Below, in pieces: positions 27,262 through 37,686 of a stretch of 57,763 nucleotides of DNA. How positions within the stretch are numbered: position 1 is the first letter of the stretch; each line of letters starts with the position of its first letter. The stretch lies in the sequence record SRR22947727_1950; one strand, 5' to 3'. A program made the translations under genes and the position numbers. The notes beneath the pieces were generated by a model. That model had not been told where the DNA came from and did no database searches. It saw only the letters and a list, made by a program, of their open reading frames with translations.

Positions 27262-28863
27262 ATGGAACTCACCGGGATTGGAGTCGGCTCTCACGCGGCC
27301 GTGGGTGAGGTCTTTGTCTTGCGCACCTCGGATGAGGTCTTTGAGCACAAAACCTCGACCCATTCACCGGATGAGGAAGCCAGCATCCTCGGCACCGCCA
27401 TAGCCACCACAGCGGCGACTATTCGTGATGAGGCATCCTCCGGTGACACCACCACTCGAGAGATTCTCGACGCCTTACTGATCATCCTGGAAGATCCCGA
27501 ACTTCAGGAGATGGCCCGTCCCCATCTGGATGCAGGCGCAGACGCTCCCACAGGCTTATTCAGAGCTCTCGATGAATTTGCTGACCTCATGGGAGATGAC
27601 GAGGACTTTCAATCTCGAATCGGAGACTTGCGCGGCATTGCCGCTCGCATCTCCGCATGGACCAGAGGTCTTGCCGCCGGTCCAGGAATTCCTCGCGAGG
27701 GCAGGTGGATTATTGTCGCCGAGGACCTCACTCCGCTGGAAACATCCCAGTTTGGGGACTCCGTGGTGGGGGTGATCACAGAACTGGGAGGTCCCACCTC
27801 TCACACGGCAATCATTTGTCGAGCTCTGGGGATTCCCGCGGTCGTGAGCGCCACAGGTGCCATGTCTCTCGAGCAAGGGACGAGCATCTTGGTGGACCCC
27901 GAAGGCAACCGTGCTGTTGTGGGGGGCGACATATCGAGTGCGACCACGGCCATATCGTTCATTCCCCAGGCTGATGCTCCCCTCATTACCGTTCGGGCCA
28001 ACATCGGTGGGGTTGCAGACGCAGAAAAAGCCTCCACAACCTCGGCGCGAGGAGTGGGACTCTTTCGGACCGAAGTCCTCTATCTGGCCGCTTCGACGAT
28101 GCCGAGTGTGGACGAGCAAACATCGCTCTACATCGATGTCCTCAAGGCTGCTCCTGCCGGCAAAATCATCATCAGGACAATCGACGCGGGCAGTGACAAG
28201 CCTGTGCCATTTCTGGCTCTTCCTCACGAGGAAAACCCCGCCCTGGGCGTTCGAGGATTCAGGCTCACGGCCGAACACCACGAGTTTCAGCGCTCCCAAC
28301 TGACCGCTATTGCGAAGGCCATTGCTGCGACCGGGCGCGATGTCGGTGTCATGGCACCGATGGTGTCGACCGTGTCGGAGGTCAGGGAATTCAAGGCCCT
28401 CTGTGATGAGGCCGGCATCACTCAGGTGGGAATCATGATTGAGACTCCCGCCATCGTCCCTGTGATGACCGACCTCGTGGGTCTCCTGAGCTTTGTGAGT
28501 ATCGGGACAAATGACCTCTCTCAATATCTTTTTGCTGCTGATCGCATGCACCCCCGGCTCGGCGCACTCAATGACCCGTGGCAGCCGGGTCTTCTGCGGA
28601 CCATCAGGACCATCGCCGAGTCAGCAAGAAGCTTGGGAATCCCTGTGGGTGTGTGTGGAGAGAGTGCCGCCAATCCGCTGCTGTCGATCGTCTTTGCGGG
28701 GTTGGGAATTGACTCCGTCAGCGTCGCACCCAGCGCTGTCGATTCTGTGAGCACTGCACTCAGTGCAGTGGGTGCCGACTCGGCCTCCACTGCCGCACGG
28801 GTTGCCCTTGCCGCGAGCACCCCCGCCGAAGCCGAAGCAGCTGTTCGGGCCCTCTACTCTTAG
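27262..28863 (+). CDS. ptsI: PTS enzyme I
   Basis: GGPTSHTAI, GVGLFRTE, ENPALGVRG, SIGTNDLSQY, GVCGE. Confidence 0.94.
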   Translation: MELTGIGVGSHAAVGEVFVLRTSDEVFEHKTSTHSPDEEASILGTAIATTAATIRDEASSGDTTTREILDALLIILEDPELQEMARPHLDAGADAPTGLFRALDEFADLMGDDEDFQSRIGDLRGIAARISAWTRGLAAGPGIPREGRWIIVAEDLTPLETSQFGDSVVGVITELGGPTSHTAIICRALGIPAVVSATGAMSLEQGTSILVDPEGNRAVVGGDISSATTAISFIPQADAPLITVRANIGGVADAEKASTTSARGVGLFRTEVLYLAASTMPSVDEQTSLYIDVLKAAPAGKIIIRTIDAGSDKPVPFLALPHEENPALGVRGFRLTAEHHEFQRSQLTAIAKAIAATGRDVGVMAPMVSTVSEVREFKALCDEAGITQVGIMIETPAIVPVMTDLVGLLSFVSIGTNDLSQYLFAADRMHPRLGALNDPWQPGLLRTIRTIAESARSLGIPVGVCGESAANPLLSIVFAGLGIDSVSVAPSAVDSVSTALSAVGADSASTAARVALAASTPAEAEAAVRALYS

Positions 28864-28906
28864 GCCGCATCGGCGTATTCTGGGGTCACCCAAGGAAAGG
28901 TGATCT

Positions 28907-29875
28907 GTGCGAGCAATTGTTGTGTCCCAGACCGGAGGGCCTGAGGTCCTCGTTTCCTCGGAGGTGCCGGAGCCAACCGGTGGCGAGCGCGACATCATCG
29001 TCGATGTCCACGCGGCAGGGGTCAACTTCATTGACATCTACCAACGTGAGGGCCTTTATTCTCTTGCTCTTCCTTACACCCCGGGTCTCGAAGGAGCGGG
29101 GGTCATCCGGACGGTCGGTGCTGCGGTCACCGAGTTTTCCCCGGGTGATCGGGTGGCGTGGACGGGCCACCTCGGAAGCTACTCCGAGGTCGTCGCCATG
29201 CCAGCGGATGTAGCTGTCCTCGTTCCGGACTCCCTGAGTCTGGAGACAGCTGCCGGAATGATGTTGCAGGGCCTTACCGCCCACTATCTCGTGACCAGCG
29301 TCCACAAGATAGTGCCGGGGGATACTGCCCTGGTTCACGCCGCTGCCGGTGGCGTCGGGCTGCTCTTGTGTCAGATGATTCGGGCCCGCGGTGGTGAGGT
29401 GATTGGCACAGTGTCTACGGACGCGAAAGCTGACGCCGCTGTGGCCGCAGGCGCGCACCACATCATTCGATACGACCGAGAAGATGTCGCCCAGAGAGTG
29501 AGAGAAATTACGAGCACTGAAGGTGTGCGGGTTGTCTATGACGGCGTGGGGCGAGACACCTTCGACGCGAGTTTGCACAGCCTCGCACCGCGAGGCGTCA
29601 TGGCGCTTTTTGGTCAATCCAGTGGCCCCGTGGAGTCCTTCGATCCGCAAATTTTGAACCAGTTGGGATCGCTGTTCTTGACACGTCCCAGCCTCACGCA
29701 TTTCACCGGGACTCCCGAGGAACTGAGGTGGAGAGCATCTGAAGTATTCGAGGCGCTTGAAAATGGATCGCTGTCCTTCTCTCTGCACGGGACTTACCCG
29801 CTCGAGAACGCTCATAAGGCCCACGCGGATCTTGCCGCTCGTCTCACCTCAGGCAAACTTCTTCTTCTTCCCTAG
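28907..29875 (+). CDS. NADPH:quinone oxidoreductase (zeta-crystallin-like)
   Basis: AGVNFID, LQGLTAHYL, HAAAGGVG, YDGVG, SLFLTRP. Confidence 0.92.
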   Translation: MRAIVVSQTGGPEVLVSSEVPEPTGGERDIIVDVHAAGVNFIDIYQREGLYSLALPYTPGLEGAGVIRTVGAAVTEFSPGDRVAWTGHLGSYSEVVAMPADVAVLVPDSLSLETAAGMMLQGLTAHYLVTSVHKIVPGDTALVHAAAGGVGLLLCQMIRARGGEVIGTVSTDAKADAAVAAGAHHIIRYDREDVAQRVREITSTEGVRVVYDGVGRDTFDASLHSLAPRGVMALFGQSSGPVESFDPQILNQLGSLFLTRPSLTHFTGTPEELRWRASEVFEALENGSLSFSLHGTYPLENAHKAHADLAARLTSGKLLLLP

Positions 29876-30044
29876 GTTGCGCTGGCATAACCCCCGGGGT
29901 GATGTTCACCCATGAAACCAATGTCCCGCCGGTCTGTCCATGACCGGCAGTGGATCAAGCGATGACATCATGGCCCGTATTGCCCAGGTCGATGCTGTTT
30001 CTTCCAAGGGGACAAAGTAGACCCTTTCGCACTAGCGTTGAAGT

Positions 30045-31328
30045 ATGAAAATTCTGCTTGTTGGCGCCGGAGGCGTTGGGAACTCTCTCGCGAAACTACT
30101 GGCGACACGTGACTTCTATGAATCAGTAGTCGTCGCTGACTATGACCTCTCGCGGGCGGAATCCGTGGTGGCGTGGATTGAGAAACGATTCCCCGCGGCT
30201 CACCCCCGATTCAGCGCGGCCCACATAGACGCGTCACAGCCCTCGAACGTGACCGACGCTGCTCGTGCACACGGATCCACCATCGTGATGAATGCTGTGG
30301 AGCCCTCGTTCGTGGAGAGCATCTTCGATGGCGCGCTAGCCGCGGGGGCCGACTACATGGACATGGCCATGAGTCTCTCTAAGCCCCACCCAAGCGACCC
30401 ACACACCACTCCCGGAATCAAGCTCGGCGACTACCAGTTCGAGAAGGCTTCGGAGTGGGAGAAGGAAGGGCGTTTGGCGCTTGTTGGAATGGGCGTGGAG
30501 CCTGGCATTTCAGATGTCTTCGCTAAATACGCTTCCGATCACCTGTTCAGCGACATTGACGAAATTGGTGTCCGCGATGGAGCCAACCTCGTGGTCACCG
30601 ATGAGAACGGGCGCGAAATCTTCGCGCCCTCGTTCAGCATTTGGACCACGATTGAAGAGTGCCTCAACCCTCCCCTCATCTGGGAGAAAAGCAAAGGCTG
30701 GTTCACCACCGCACCCTTTAGTGAGCCTGAGGTGTTCACCTTCCCTGCAGGTATCGGTCCGGTCGAGTGCGTCAATGTTGAGCACGAAGAGGTCGCGCTG
30801 GTCCCACGCTATCTCGACGCGAAACGTGTGACCTTCAAATACGGTCTCGGGGAGGAATTCATTGGGGTTCTGAGAACCCTCAACCTTCTCGGTTTGGATT
30901 CGATCGAACCGACATCGGTGCGCACCGCACCCGACTCCGAGGGCAAGCGTTCCCTCGCTTCTGTGTCACCCCGCGACCTGGTCGCTGCAGTGTTGCCAGA
31001 CCCGGCCACACTGGGTGATCGCATGAGCGGGACCACGTGTGCGGGAACCTGGGTGACCGGAAAAGGCAAGGATGGGGCGCCCCGCGAGGTCTATCTGTAT
31101 CACGCGATTGACAACGCCTGGACGATGGAGCACTACGACGCCCAGTGCGTCGTGTGGCAAACAGCCCTCGCCCCTGCTTTGGCTCTGGAGCTTCTCGCCA
31201 CCGGTGTGTGGTCAGGCTCCGGAGTTCACGGACCCGAAGCCTTCGATGCAAAGCCCTTCCTGGATCTCATGGCCACGCCAGAGTCCGAGGGTGGTTATGG
31301 CCAGGCGTGGGGTCTCGAAGAGCGCTAA
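30045..31328 (+). CDS. Saccharopine dehydrogenase / carboxy(nor)spermidine dehydrogenase-like oxidoreductase
   Basis: GAGGVG Rossmann motif, YMDMA, GMGVEPG, VEHEEV, GPEAFD. Confidence 0.85.
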   Translation: MKILLVGAGGVGNSLAKLLATRDFYESVVVADYDLSRAESVVAWIEKRFPAAHPRFSAAHIDASQPSNVTDAARAHGSTIVMNAVEPSFVESIFDGALAAGADYMDMAMSLSKPHPSDPHTTPGIKLGDYQFEKASEWEKEGRLALVGMGVEPGISDVFAKYASDHLFSDIDEIGVRDGANLVVTDENGREIFAPSFSIWTTIEECLNPPLIWEKSKGWFTTAPFSEPEVFTFPAGIGPVECVNVEHEEVALVPRYLDAKRVTFKYGLGEEFIGVLRTLNLLGLDSIEPTSVRTAPDSEGKRSLASVSPRDLVAAVLPDPATLGDRMSGTTCAGTWVTGKGKDGAPREVYLYHAIDNAWTMEHYDAQCVVWQTALAPALALELLATGVWSGSGVHGPEAFDAKPFLDLMATPESEGGYGQAWGLEER

Positions 31329-32116
31329 CTCGGAGTGAATCGGAGAGACAGGCACGACAACCCGCCGTCAATTTTCTGGCATTCGGAGTTCTCTAACTCG
31401 ATCACGACGAACCCAGCGTCTCGCACCCGCTCGGTGGTGAGAGGGAAACCCGAAGGCATAAACACGACATCGTTGACTCGGATGCTATTGGCCGCTGGCT
31501 CTTCACCCTCGGCAACATCGACCACGGTGTAGCCCTCGAAGCAGCCACTCGCACTGAGGCGCGGGGTGGACAGAATCGTCGAGCCATCGATCAGAGAACA
31601 ATCGGACTTGAAGTGCAACACGCCAGGAGGAGTTGTCACTTCCCGGACGGTGTACCCCCAGCTCGCAACCGCTTCACGGAGCTCTGCGATACCGTCGGCA
31701 TTGGTCCGAGCTGATCGCCCCACCAGAATTTCTGTTTCCGTGGTCAAGATGTCTCCACCCTCAACGAACCCAGGACCCGCGAGTTGTCGAACGTCTGAAT
31801 ACACGTCACCGAGGTGGGGCGCCATCGCCATCGATTCGCCAAATCGAGTGGGCGCTCCCGGGCGCAACACCACCGCACCCTCCTGAAGACAGAGAGCCGT
31901 GTCCTCCACAAACAACGAGTCGGGGAACTCTTCGAGAGCATCGAGGACACTTACGTCCACACCCGCCTGGTGCAATGCCAGGACATAAGCGTCGTGGTGG
32001 CGCATCAGGACGTCACTATCGGGGTTTCCCACGTCCTCTGCGCGTAACCCGTGAACAGCACTGAGGGGTGGGCGGCGCGTGATGGCGTGACTAAACCGAA
32101 ACGATCGTTCAGACAT
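31325..32116 (-). CDS. Dimethylarginine dimethylaminohydrolase family protein
   Basis: PDSLFVED, EGGD, LHFKS, DGGLSCLS (catalytic Cys). Confidence 0.9.
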   Translation of the reverse strand: MSERSFRFSHAITRRPPLSAVHGLRAEDVGNPDSDVLMRHHDAYVLALHQAGVDVSVLDALEEFPDSLFVEDTALCLQEGAVVLRPGAPTRFGESMAMAPHLGDVYSDVRQLAGPGFVEGGDILTTETEILVGRSARTNADGIAELREAVASWGYTVREVTTPPGVLHFKSDCSLIDGSTILSTPRLSASGCFEGYTVVDVAEGEEPAANSIRVNDVVFMPSGFPLTTERVRDAGFVVIELENSECQKIDGGLSCLSLRFTPS

Positions 32117-34239
32117 CAGGCAAACTTACTGGCCGTGAGTTTCTTCCGCGGCCACCAGAAGGAATCCCCCGTGATGAAGGCGAGGGCTGGCACGACCACT
32201 GTTCGCACGAGCAGGGTGTCAATCAGCACTCCGATACCGACGATGATGCCGATTTGGAACAGCGCAATCAGCGGAAGAACACCCAAGACCGCGAACACGG
32301 CAGCCAAGAGAATTCCTGCGCTGGTGATCACTCCACCGGTAGCGCCCAAAGCCTTGATCATCGCCTGACGGGTGGGCTGACGTGACGTCGTCGCCATATT
32401 TGCCGACTCTTCTCTTGCCCGGGAGACCAAGAAGATGTTGTAGTCAACGCCCAACGCCACCAGGAAGAGGAATGAGTAGAGGAAGACACTGAAGTCCAGA
32501 CCCGACATCCCAAACACATTCTGGAAAATTAGCCAGGCCGCACCCATAGCGGAGAAGAACGAGAGCACCACGCTTCCCAGCAACAGAATCGGCGCAACCA
32601 GTGCCTTCAACAGCAGGACCAAGACAATGAAGACCAACACCAGAATCAAGGGGATGACCAGAAGCTGGTCTCGCTCATATGCCTGCTTCACCGCGAGGCG
32701 GGTGGCGTCATCACCACCCACGAGTGCATTGGCCCCAGGGACCGCCTGAACGTTCTCACGAAGACTCTCGATAGCCCCGTAGGCCTCTTCACTGCCGCCC
32801 TCGGCATCGAGGACAACATCAATGCGAGAGAAGTCATCGTTCTGGTTGACAATCTCCGCCGATGCCACGAGGGGTGATGCCAGAGCGGCCTCGACGACAT
32901 CTTCTGCCCGATCATTGACGGCAATGACCTGTGTGGGAGCGCTCGCTCCCGCGGGGAATGCTTCCGCCAGGACCTCAATACCGGTGACCGCCTCCGGCTT
33001 GACCCGGAATTGCTCCGTCTCGGGAAGCCCAATCGTGATGCCGGTGGCCCCAACGCTCAGTCCTCCCAGGACGGCAATACCCAGAATCGCGACGGTGATG
33101 GGTCGCCTGCTCACACCTTTGCCAAGCTTCGCCCACCAGCCAGTATCAGACTTGTTTACTCCCCCAAATCGAGGAACGAAGGGCCAGAACAACCCCCGCC
33201 CAAAGACCACAATGGCTGCAGGCAAAACACCAAGGGCGGCGATCATCGCGACCACAATTCCACTAGCGCACACCAGACCCAATGCTCTGTTGCCACCGAG
33301 CTCCGCAAAGCTCAAGGTGAGTAGAGCCAGCGCGACTGTGCCTCCAGAGGCGAGAATCGCAGGACCGGCGCCCTTCACAGCTTTCGCCATCGCTTCATGA
33401 CGATCTTCAGTGGTGAGCAACTCCTCTTTGTAACGAGCAATCAGCAAGAGGGCGTAGTTGGTGCCGGCTCCAAAGACAAGAACGGAAAGAATTCCCGTGA
33501 TGGAACCGTCCGCGGTGATATTGAAGAAAGCCGCGACGTTTCGACCAATCTGGCCTGCCATGCCATCCGCGGTTCCCACCACGAGCAGAGGAACGATCCA
33601 CAAAATGGGGCTTCGATACGTGACCAACAGGAGGAAAATCACGATGAGCACAGTCGCCAAGAGAAGTGTGAAGTCCGCGCCGGCAAAAACCCCCGCTAGG
33701 TCGACCTGGAAACCCTCGGGACCTGTGACGTAAGGCTCAATCCCCGCGGGCACGTTCTCTGCGATGATCGCCCTGACTTCCACAATGCGCTCGGCCTGCT
33801 CATCGACGTCGTCGATCTCGTCCATCGGAATAGTGAGCACGGCTGTCGTGTTGTCCTCCGAGATGGTGGCAGGCGGAACAAAGAGTTCACCCATCACCTC
33901 GACGTTGCTGAACTCGGTGAAGAGCTCGTTGGCGCCTCCCGTGGGCATCTGAATCATCGGGTCAAATTCACCCTGCAGCCAGACAATGTCCTCATCAGTG
34001 AACTCGCCCGAAGACTTTGCGAGAACCACGACCGCGGCCGTTCCCTCAGACCCAGGCATCTCGGCCAGAGCCTGCTCCACCAGAATCACTTCAGAGTCAT
34101 CGGGGAGACCGTTGTCCGGGCTGACGTTGGTCTCTTCGGCGGCGAACACCGTGAAGGACAACACGGCGAAAATCAATCCGATGAGGAGAGTGACCCATGC
34201 GGTCTTGGGCCCAGTAATAAAGCGAATTATGGCGTTCAC
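32116..34239 (-). CDS. MMPL/RND family transporter
   Basis: VTGPEG, FGAGTNYALLL, ALGVDYNIFL, GGVITSAG; two TM blocks. Confidence 0.93.
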   Translation of the reverse strand: MNAIIRFITGPKTAWVTLLIGLIFAVLSFTVFAAEETNVSPDNGLPDDSEVILVEQALAEMPGSEGTAAVVVLAKSSGEFTDEDIVWLQGEFDPMIQMPTGGANELFTEFSNVEVMGELFVPPATISEDNTTAVLTIPMDEIDDVDEQAERIVEVRAIIAENVPAGIEPYVTGPEGFQVDLAGVFAGADFTLLLATVLIVIFLLLVTYRSPILWIVPLLVVGTADGMAGQIGRNVAAFFNITADGSITGILSVLVFGAGTNYALLLIARYKEELLTTEDRHEAMAKAVKGAGPAILASGGTVALALLTLSFAELGGNRALGLVCASGIVVAMIAALGVLPAAIVVFGRGLFWPFVPRFGGVNKSDTGWWAKLGKGVSRRPITVAILGIAVLGGLSVGATGITIGLPETEQFRVKPEAVTGIEVLAEAFPAGASAPTQVIAVNDRAEDVVEAALASPLVASAEIVNQNDDFSRIDVVLDAEGGSEEAYGAIESLRENVQAVPGANALVGGDDATRLAVKQAYERDQLLVIPLILVLVFIVLVLLLKALVAPILLLGSVVLSFFSAMGAAWLIFQNVFGMSGLDFSVFLYSFLFLVALGVDYNIFLVSRAREESANMATTSRQPTRQAMIKALGATGGVITSAGILLAAVFAVLGVLPLIALFQIGIIVGIGVLIDTLLVRTVVVPALAFITGDSFWWPRKKLTASKFA

Positions 34240-34323
34240 CTACCAAAACTTACTCCTGAATTGACGTCTCATCCCGCAAACGCCCAGTTGACTTTGGGAG
34301 AGTGGAGACGAGAGGAGGTCGTG

Positions 34324-34818
34324 GTGAAACTACTGCCCTGGGTTTTTCTGTCCGCATTCGTCATGAGCGGCTGTGCTCCCGCGGAGTCGAGCCCTGCGCC
34401 TCCCCCGGAGACGTCGATGGAGACCGAAACGACAGAACCGTCACCGCGGAGCGCACCTGGACCATGTGACGTGGTGAACGAGCGCGAGATGGGCGAGTCC
34501 ATCGGTGCTCAAATCACGGCACTCAGGGCCGGTGACTACGCCGCCGCCTATGAATGGGCCGCTCCGGCGTTCCAGATGAATGTCCCCCTCGAGGTTTTCG
34601 AAATTGTCATCCAAGACGGCTATTCAAGCCTCGTGGAATCCCGCTCTCACACCCTGAGCGACTGCGTGCTCTTTCCAAGGGACCTGGGCAACACCGTCGT
34701 GACCGTGAGAACAGTGTCCGGTGAGGTGTTCACCTACTACTACGAGATGATCAACACCGACGAGGGCTGGCGCATTCTCGGCGCCGCCGAAATCGCTCCC
34801 GTTAGTTCCGGCGCTTAG
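34324..34818 (+). CDS. Putative lipoprotein, DUF4864-like
   Basis: GGAGG RBS, lipobox MSGC, QITALRAGDYAAAY, GWRI. Confidence 0.7.
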   Translation: MKLLPWVFLSAFVMSGCAPAESSPAPPPETSMETETTEPSPRSAPGPCDVVNEREMGESIGAQITALRAGDYAAAYEWAAPAFQMNVPLEVFEIVIQDGYSSLVESRSHTLSDCVLFPRDLGNTVVTVRTVSGEVFTYYYEMINTDEGWRILGAAEIAPVSSGA

Positions 34819-34821
34819 AAG

Positions 34822-35781
34822 CTAGTCCCGCCACGGAGGGCTCGGCTCGAGCTCTTCAGAGCGAGGCAAGCTCTCGGGCAACGATGCGCTCAGAGCATCG
34901 CGTTCCTCGTCCGTGAGAGCAATCCCCGCGGCCGACACAGAGTCTCGAATGGACTCAGCTCTTGTTGCTCCGGGAATCGGGATGATGACGGGTGAGTAGG
35001 CGAGTAACCACGCAAGAACTAGTGATTCGGGGCTGACTGATTTGTCCTTGGCCATACTCACGAAGGAGCCCACCTCACCAGTGGTAATGCGATTGACCTT
35101 CTTCGACCCTCCTAACGGAGACCACGGAAGGAAGGCAATGCCCTTGTCCTCACAGATCTCGAGAACCTCGAGATCGTGGCGATAAAGAGGACTGAACTCG
35201 TTTTGAACCGAAATGAGGCCACCCTGATCGGGTCCACCCCCTATCTCGAGCGCTCGGGTGAGATGGGCTGCGTTGTAATTCGAGACGCCGATTTCGCGAA
35301 CAATGCCGCGACTCTTGAGCTCGAGGACGTTCTCAAACTGGGTCTCAAAAGGGAGTTCCGGGTCGAGCCTGTGGTGCTGCCACAAATCAATGACATCAAC
35401 ACCGAGACGATCGCGAGAGCGCTCCGCTGCGCCCACGAGATAATCCAGACTTCCGTTTCGACCCCACTTTTCGCCATCGCTACGGGTGATTCCGCCTTTC
35501 GTGGCAATCAGGACCTGATCCTTCTGCTCCGGCTGCGCCTCCCATGTGCCAAGAGCCTCCGCCACAAACGTCTCATTGTGCCCGACCTGGTCCCACGCGG
35601 GTGCATAGATGTCTGCGGTATCCAGAAGTGTGACGCCTGCGTCGAGGCCCGCATGAATTCCCGGAATAGCGCTCGCCTTGCGGGTGTCCTCTGCGACGGC
35701 CGCACCTCTAGGCCAGGACACGTTCATACATCCCAGGCCAATGGGATAGACCTTCCAAGGCCCCAGTCTGCGGGTTGTCAC
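34822..35781 (-). CDS. Aldo/keto reductase
   Basis: IGLGCM, DTADIY, ATKGG, IGVSN, PWSPLGG, PIPGA. Confidence 0.93.
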   Translation of the reverse strand: MTTRRLGPWKVYPIGLGCMNVSWPRGAAVAEDTRKASAIPGIHAGLDAGVTLLDTADIYAPAWDQVGHNETFVAEALGTWEAQPEQKDQVLIATKGGITRSDGEKWGRNGSLDYLVGAAERSRDRLGVDVIDLWQHHRLDPELPFETQFENVLELKSRGIVREIGVSNYNAAHLTRALEIGGGPDQGGLISVQNEFSPLYRHDLEVLEICEDKGIAFLPWSPLGGSKKVNRITTGEVGSFVSMAKDKSVSPESLVLAWLLAYSPVIIPIPGATRAESIRDSVSAAGIALTDEERDALSASLPESLPRSEELEPSPPWRD

Positions 35782-36911
35782 GATTGTTCTCCCTCCGGTA
35801 ACGGCATGATGTCGACCATCGTGGGTTCAGGTAACTGAATAACCCCGTCTTCGAGAGAGATTACCGCCGATGCGTTCCACGGTTCACTACCGTGCCTCAT
35901 GATGTAGCCGGGCACCAGCCAGGCTGTTCCCGATGCATCCCACACGAGGAGAGGCGCTTCCTCCGAGCTCTCCACCGTGAGGGTGATGACCTCACCGGGC
36001 TCTGGATAATAAGGCTCATCCATCAGTAGTCCGTCAGCAAAAACACTGTCAAAACCTGAGTGGTACAGGGGCGCGGGACTTCCCCACCATTGGCCAGAGG
36101 CAAGCCTGTCCACAGCCGCTAAGGGGCTCACCGTGGTGAACTCTCCCCGGGAAATGGGCGTAGCAGCGTGGCCTGACACTGAAGCGAGGGTTGGCCCTGG
36201 AGCAAAGAAGACGCTCCACTCCAGTGCAGTATCAACGCCATCGAGTTCCTGGATTGCGCTCAGTCCCACTCCCCAGTCATCATTCGCCAAGACAGTCAAG
36301 TCGGACTCAACGACGTCGAGCCCTGATTTCTGGAGTAAGTCCACCGCCAATGCCGTGGCTTCCTCAACACTAGGGAGCGGCCCGCTTGGTTCTGGGTTTT
36401 CGCATTCGAAACCGCCCAGATCCTCGGATCCTTCCTCGGGAATAATCTCACGACAGGTCGGCTCCTGATAGGCCGCAGGGTTGCTGTAATACCAGGGTCC
36501 TGTGCCACTCCATGTGAGGTTCAGAGTTGGACCACTCCAGTCCTCAGGACCGAGAACGTAGCCCGGCCACTGCTCATCAAAATATTGGCTCGGCCCGGAG
36601 ACTCCCTCAACACCGTAAACACTGCCTAGTTCGGTCAGTAGGTCAAGCGGATTTCCTTGCAAGGAGAGTTCATAGACCCGGCCCGACCCCTCGGCATTGG
36701 AGAGCCCAGGACCCGGAATGTAGTCGTAGTCGACAGCAAAGGACATCTCGTCCCAAGTCTCCGCGGAGGTTCCCCCAGAGTTGCCTAACACAATCAACGT
36801 TCGTGGGTCCGGAGGAAAAGCAGTCTGGAATAACACACCCACGGCGAGTGCAACCGCCCCCATCACCGCGACAAACACTGTCGAACGATTGCCACGTTCA
36901 GCAGAACCCAC
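35778..36911 (-). CDS. Hypothetical acidic membrane-anchored protein
   Basis: Single N-terminal TM helix, long D/E-rich domain ending WLVPGY; GTG 36911 has a GGAAGAGG RBS (track start 36950). Confidence 0.7.
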   Translation of the reverse strand: MGSAERGNRSTVFVAVMGAVALAVGVLFQTAFPPDPRTLIVLGNSGGTSAETWDEMSFAVDYDYIPGPGLSNAEGSGRVYELSLQGNPLDLLTELGSVYGVEGVSGPSQYFDEQWPGYVLGPEDWSGPTLNLTWSGTGPWYYSNPAAYQEPTCREIIPEEGSEDLGGFECENPEPSGPLPSVEEATALAVDLLQKSGLDVVESDLTVLANDDWGVGLSAIQELDGVDTALEWSVFFAPGPTLASVSGHAATPISRGEFTTVSPLAAVDRLASGQWWGSPAPLYHSGFDSVFADGLLMDEPYYPEPGEVITLTVESSEEAPLLVWDASGTAWLVPGYIMRHGSEPWNASAVISLEDGVIQLPEPTMVDIMPLPEGEQS

Positions 36912-36975
36912 TACGACCTCTTCCGTTGAGAAAGAGTGTACGGGCCGCAATGGCTCCCCGACATAGACTTATGGG

Positions 36976-37686
36976 GTGAGTGACAGTGAGCAGTTTGAAC
37001 CAAATCGGCTCGCCTTCGCCTCACGTCTCAATTGGCTCCGAGCAGGGATTCTGGGCGCAAATGATGGCATCGTTTCCATCGCGGCGCTTGTGGTGGGTGT
37101 TGCTGCGGCAACCACAGACCTTCGCACCATTCTTATCGCAGGGGTTGCGGGAATCGTTGCTGGCTCGATCTCGATGGCGGCCGGTGAGTATGTTTCAGTC
37201 TCATCTCAACGTGACAGCGAAAAGGCTCTCATCGCTCGAGAGCGGAAAGAACTTCTTGAGCAGCCAGACGAAGAAGAAGCTGAACTTGCACAAATCTACG
37301 AGTCGAAAGGGTTGACTCCGAGCACCGCGCGCTTAGTGGCTCGCGAGCTCACAGCGCATGACGCAATTAGCGCACACTTGGAAGCAGAACTCGGAATCAA
37401 CGAACGTCAACTCACCAATCCGTGGCACGCCGCACTGTCCTCAGCCCTAGCGTTTCTTGCCGGAGCGCTGTTGCCCATGCTCGCCATCACCCTTCCTGCC
37501 GCTGATTCGCGCATCCCCTTTGCTTTCGCCGCCAGCCTGCTGGCACTTGCCATCACCGGTTTTGTGGGAGCGAGGCTCGGAGAAAGCCCAGCCCTAAAAC
37601 CCGTCCTGAGGGTGCTCGCCGGGGGAACCTTCGCACTATTGCTGACTTGGGGCATCGGCACCGCGCTGGGGGTGGCGGGAATCTAA
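36976..37686 (+). CDS. VIT1/CCC1 family Fe/Mn transporter
   Basis: [35 protein letters not shown]. Confidence 0.93.
   Translation: MSDSEQFEPNRLAFASRLNWLRAGILGANDGIVSIAALVVGVAAATTDLRTILIAGVAGIVAGSISMAAGEYVSVSSQRDSEKALIARERKELLEQPDEEEAELAQIYESKGLTPSTARLVARELTAHDAISAHLEAELGINERQLTNPWHAALSSALAFLAGALLPMLAITLPAADSRIPFAFAASLLALAITGFVGARLGESPALKPVLRVLAGGTFALLLTWGIGTALGVAGI

Noticed and set aside
29876-30044. 169-bp gap with a GCCGGTC/GACCGGC hairpin and tiny ORFs, as a possible riboswitch or sRNA
   Set aside because: Only one 7-bp stem, no motif I recognise, and the downstream gene looks leaderless; evidence is insufficient.
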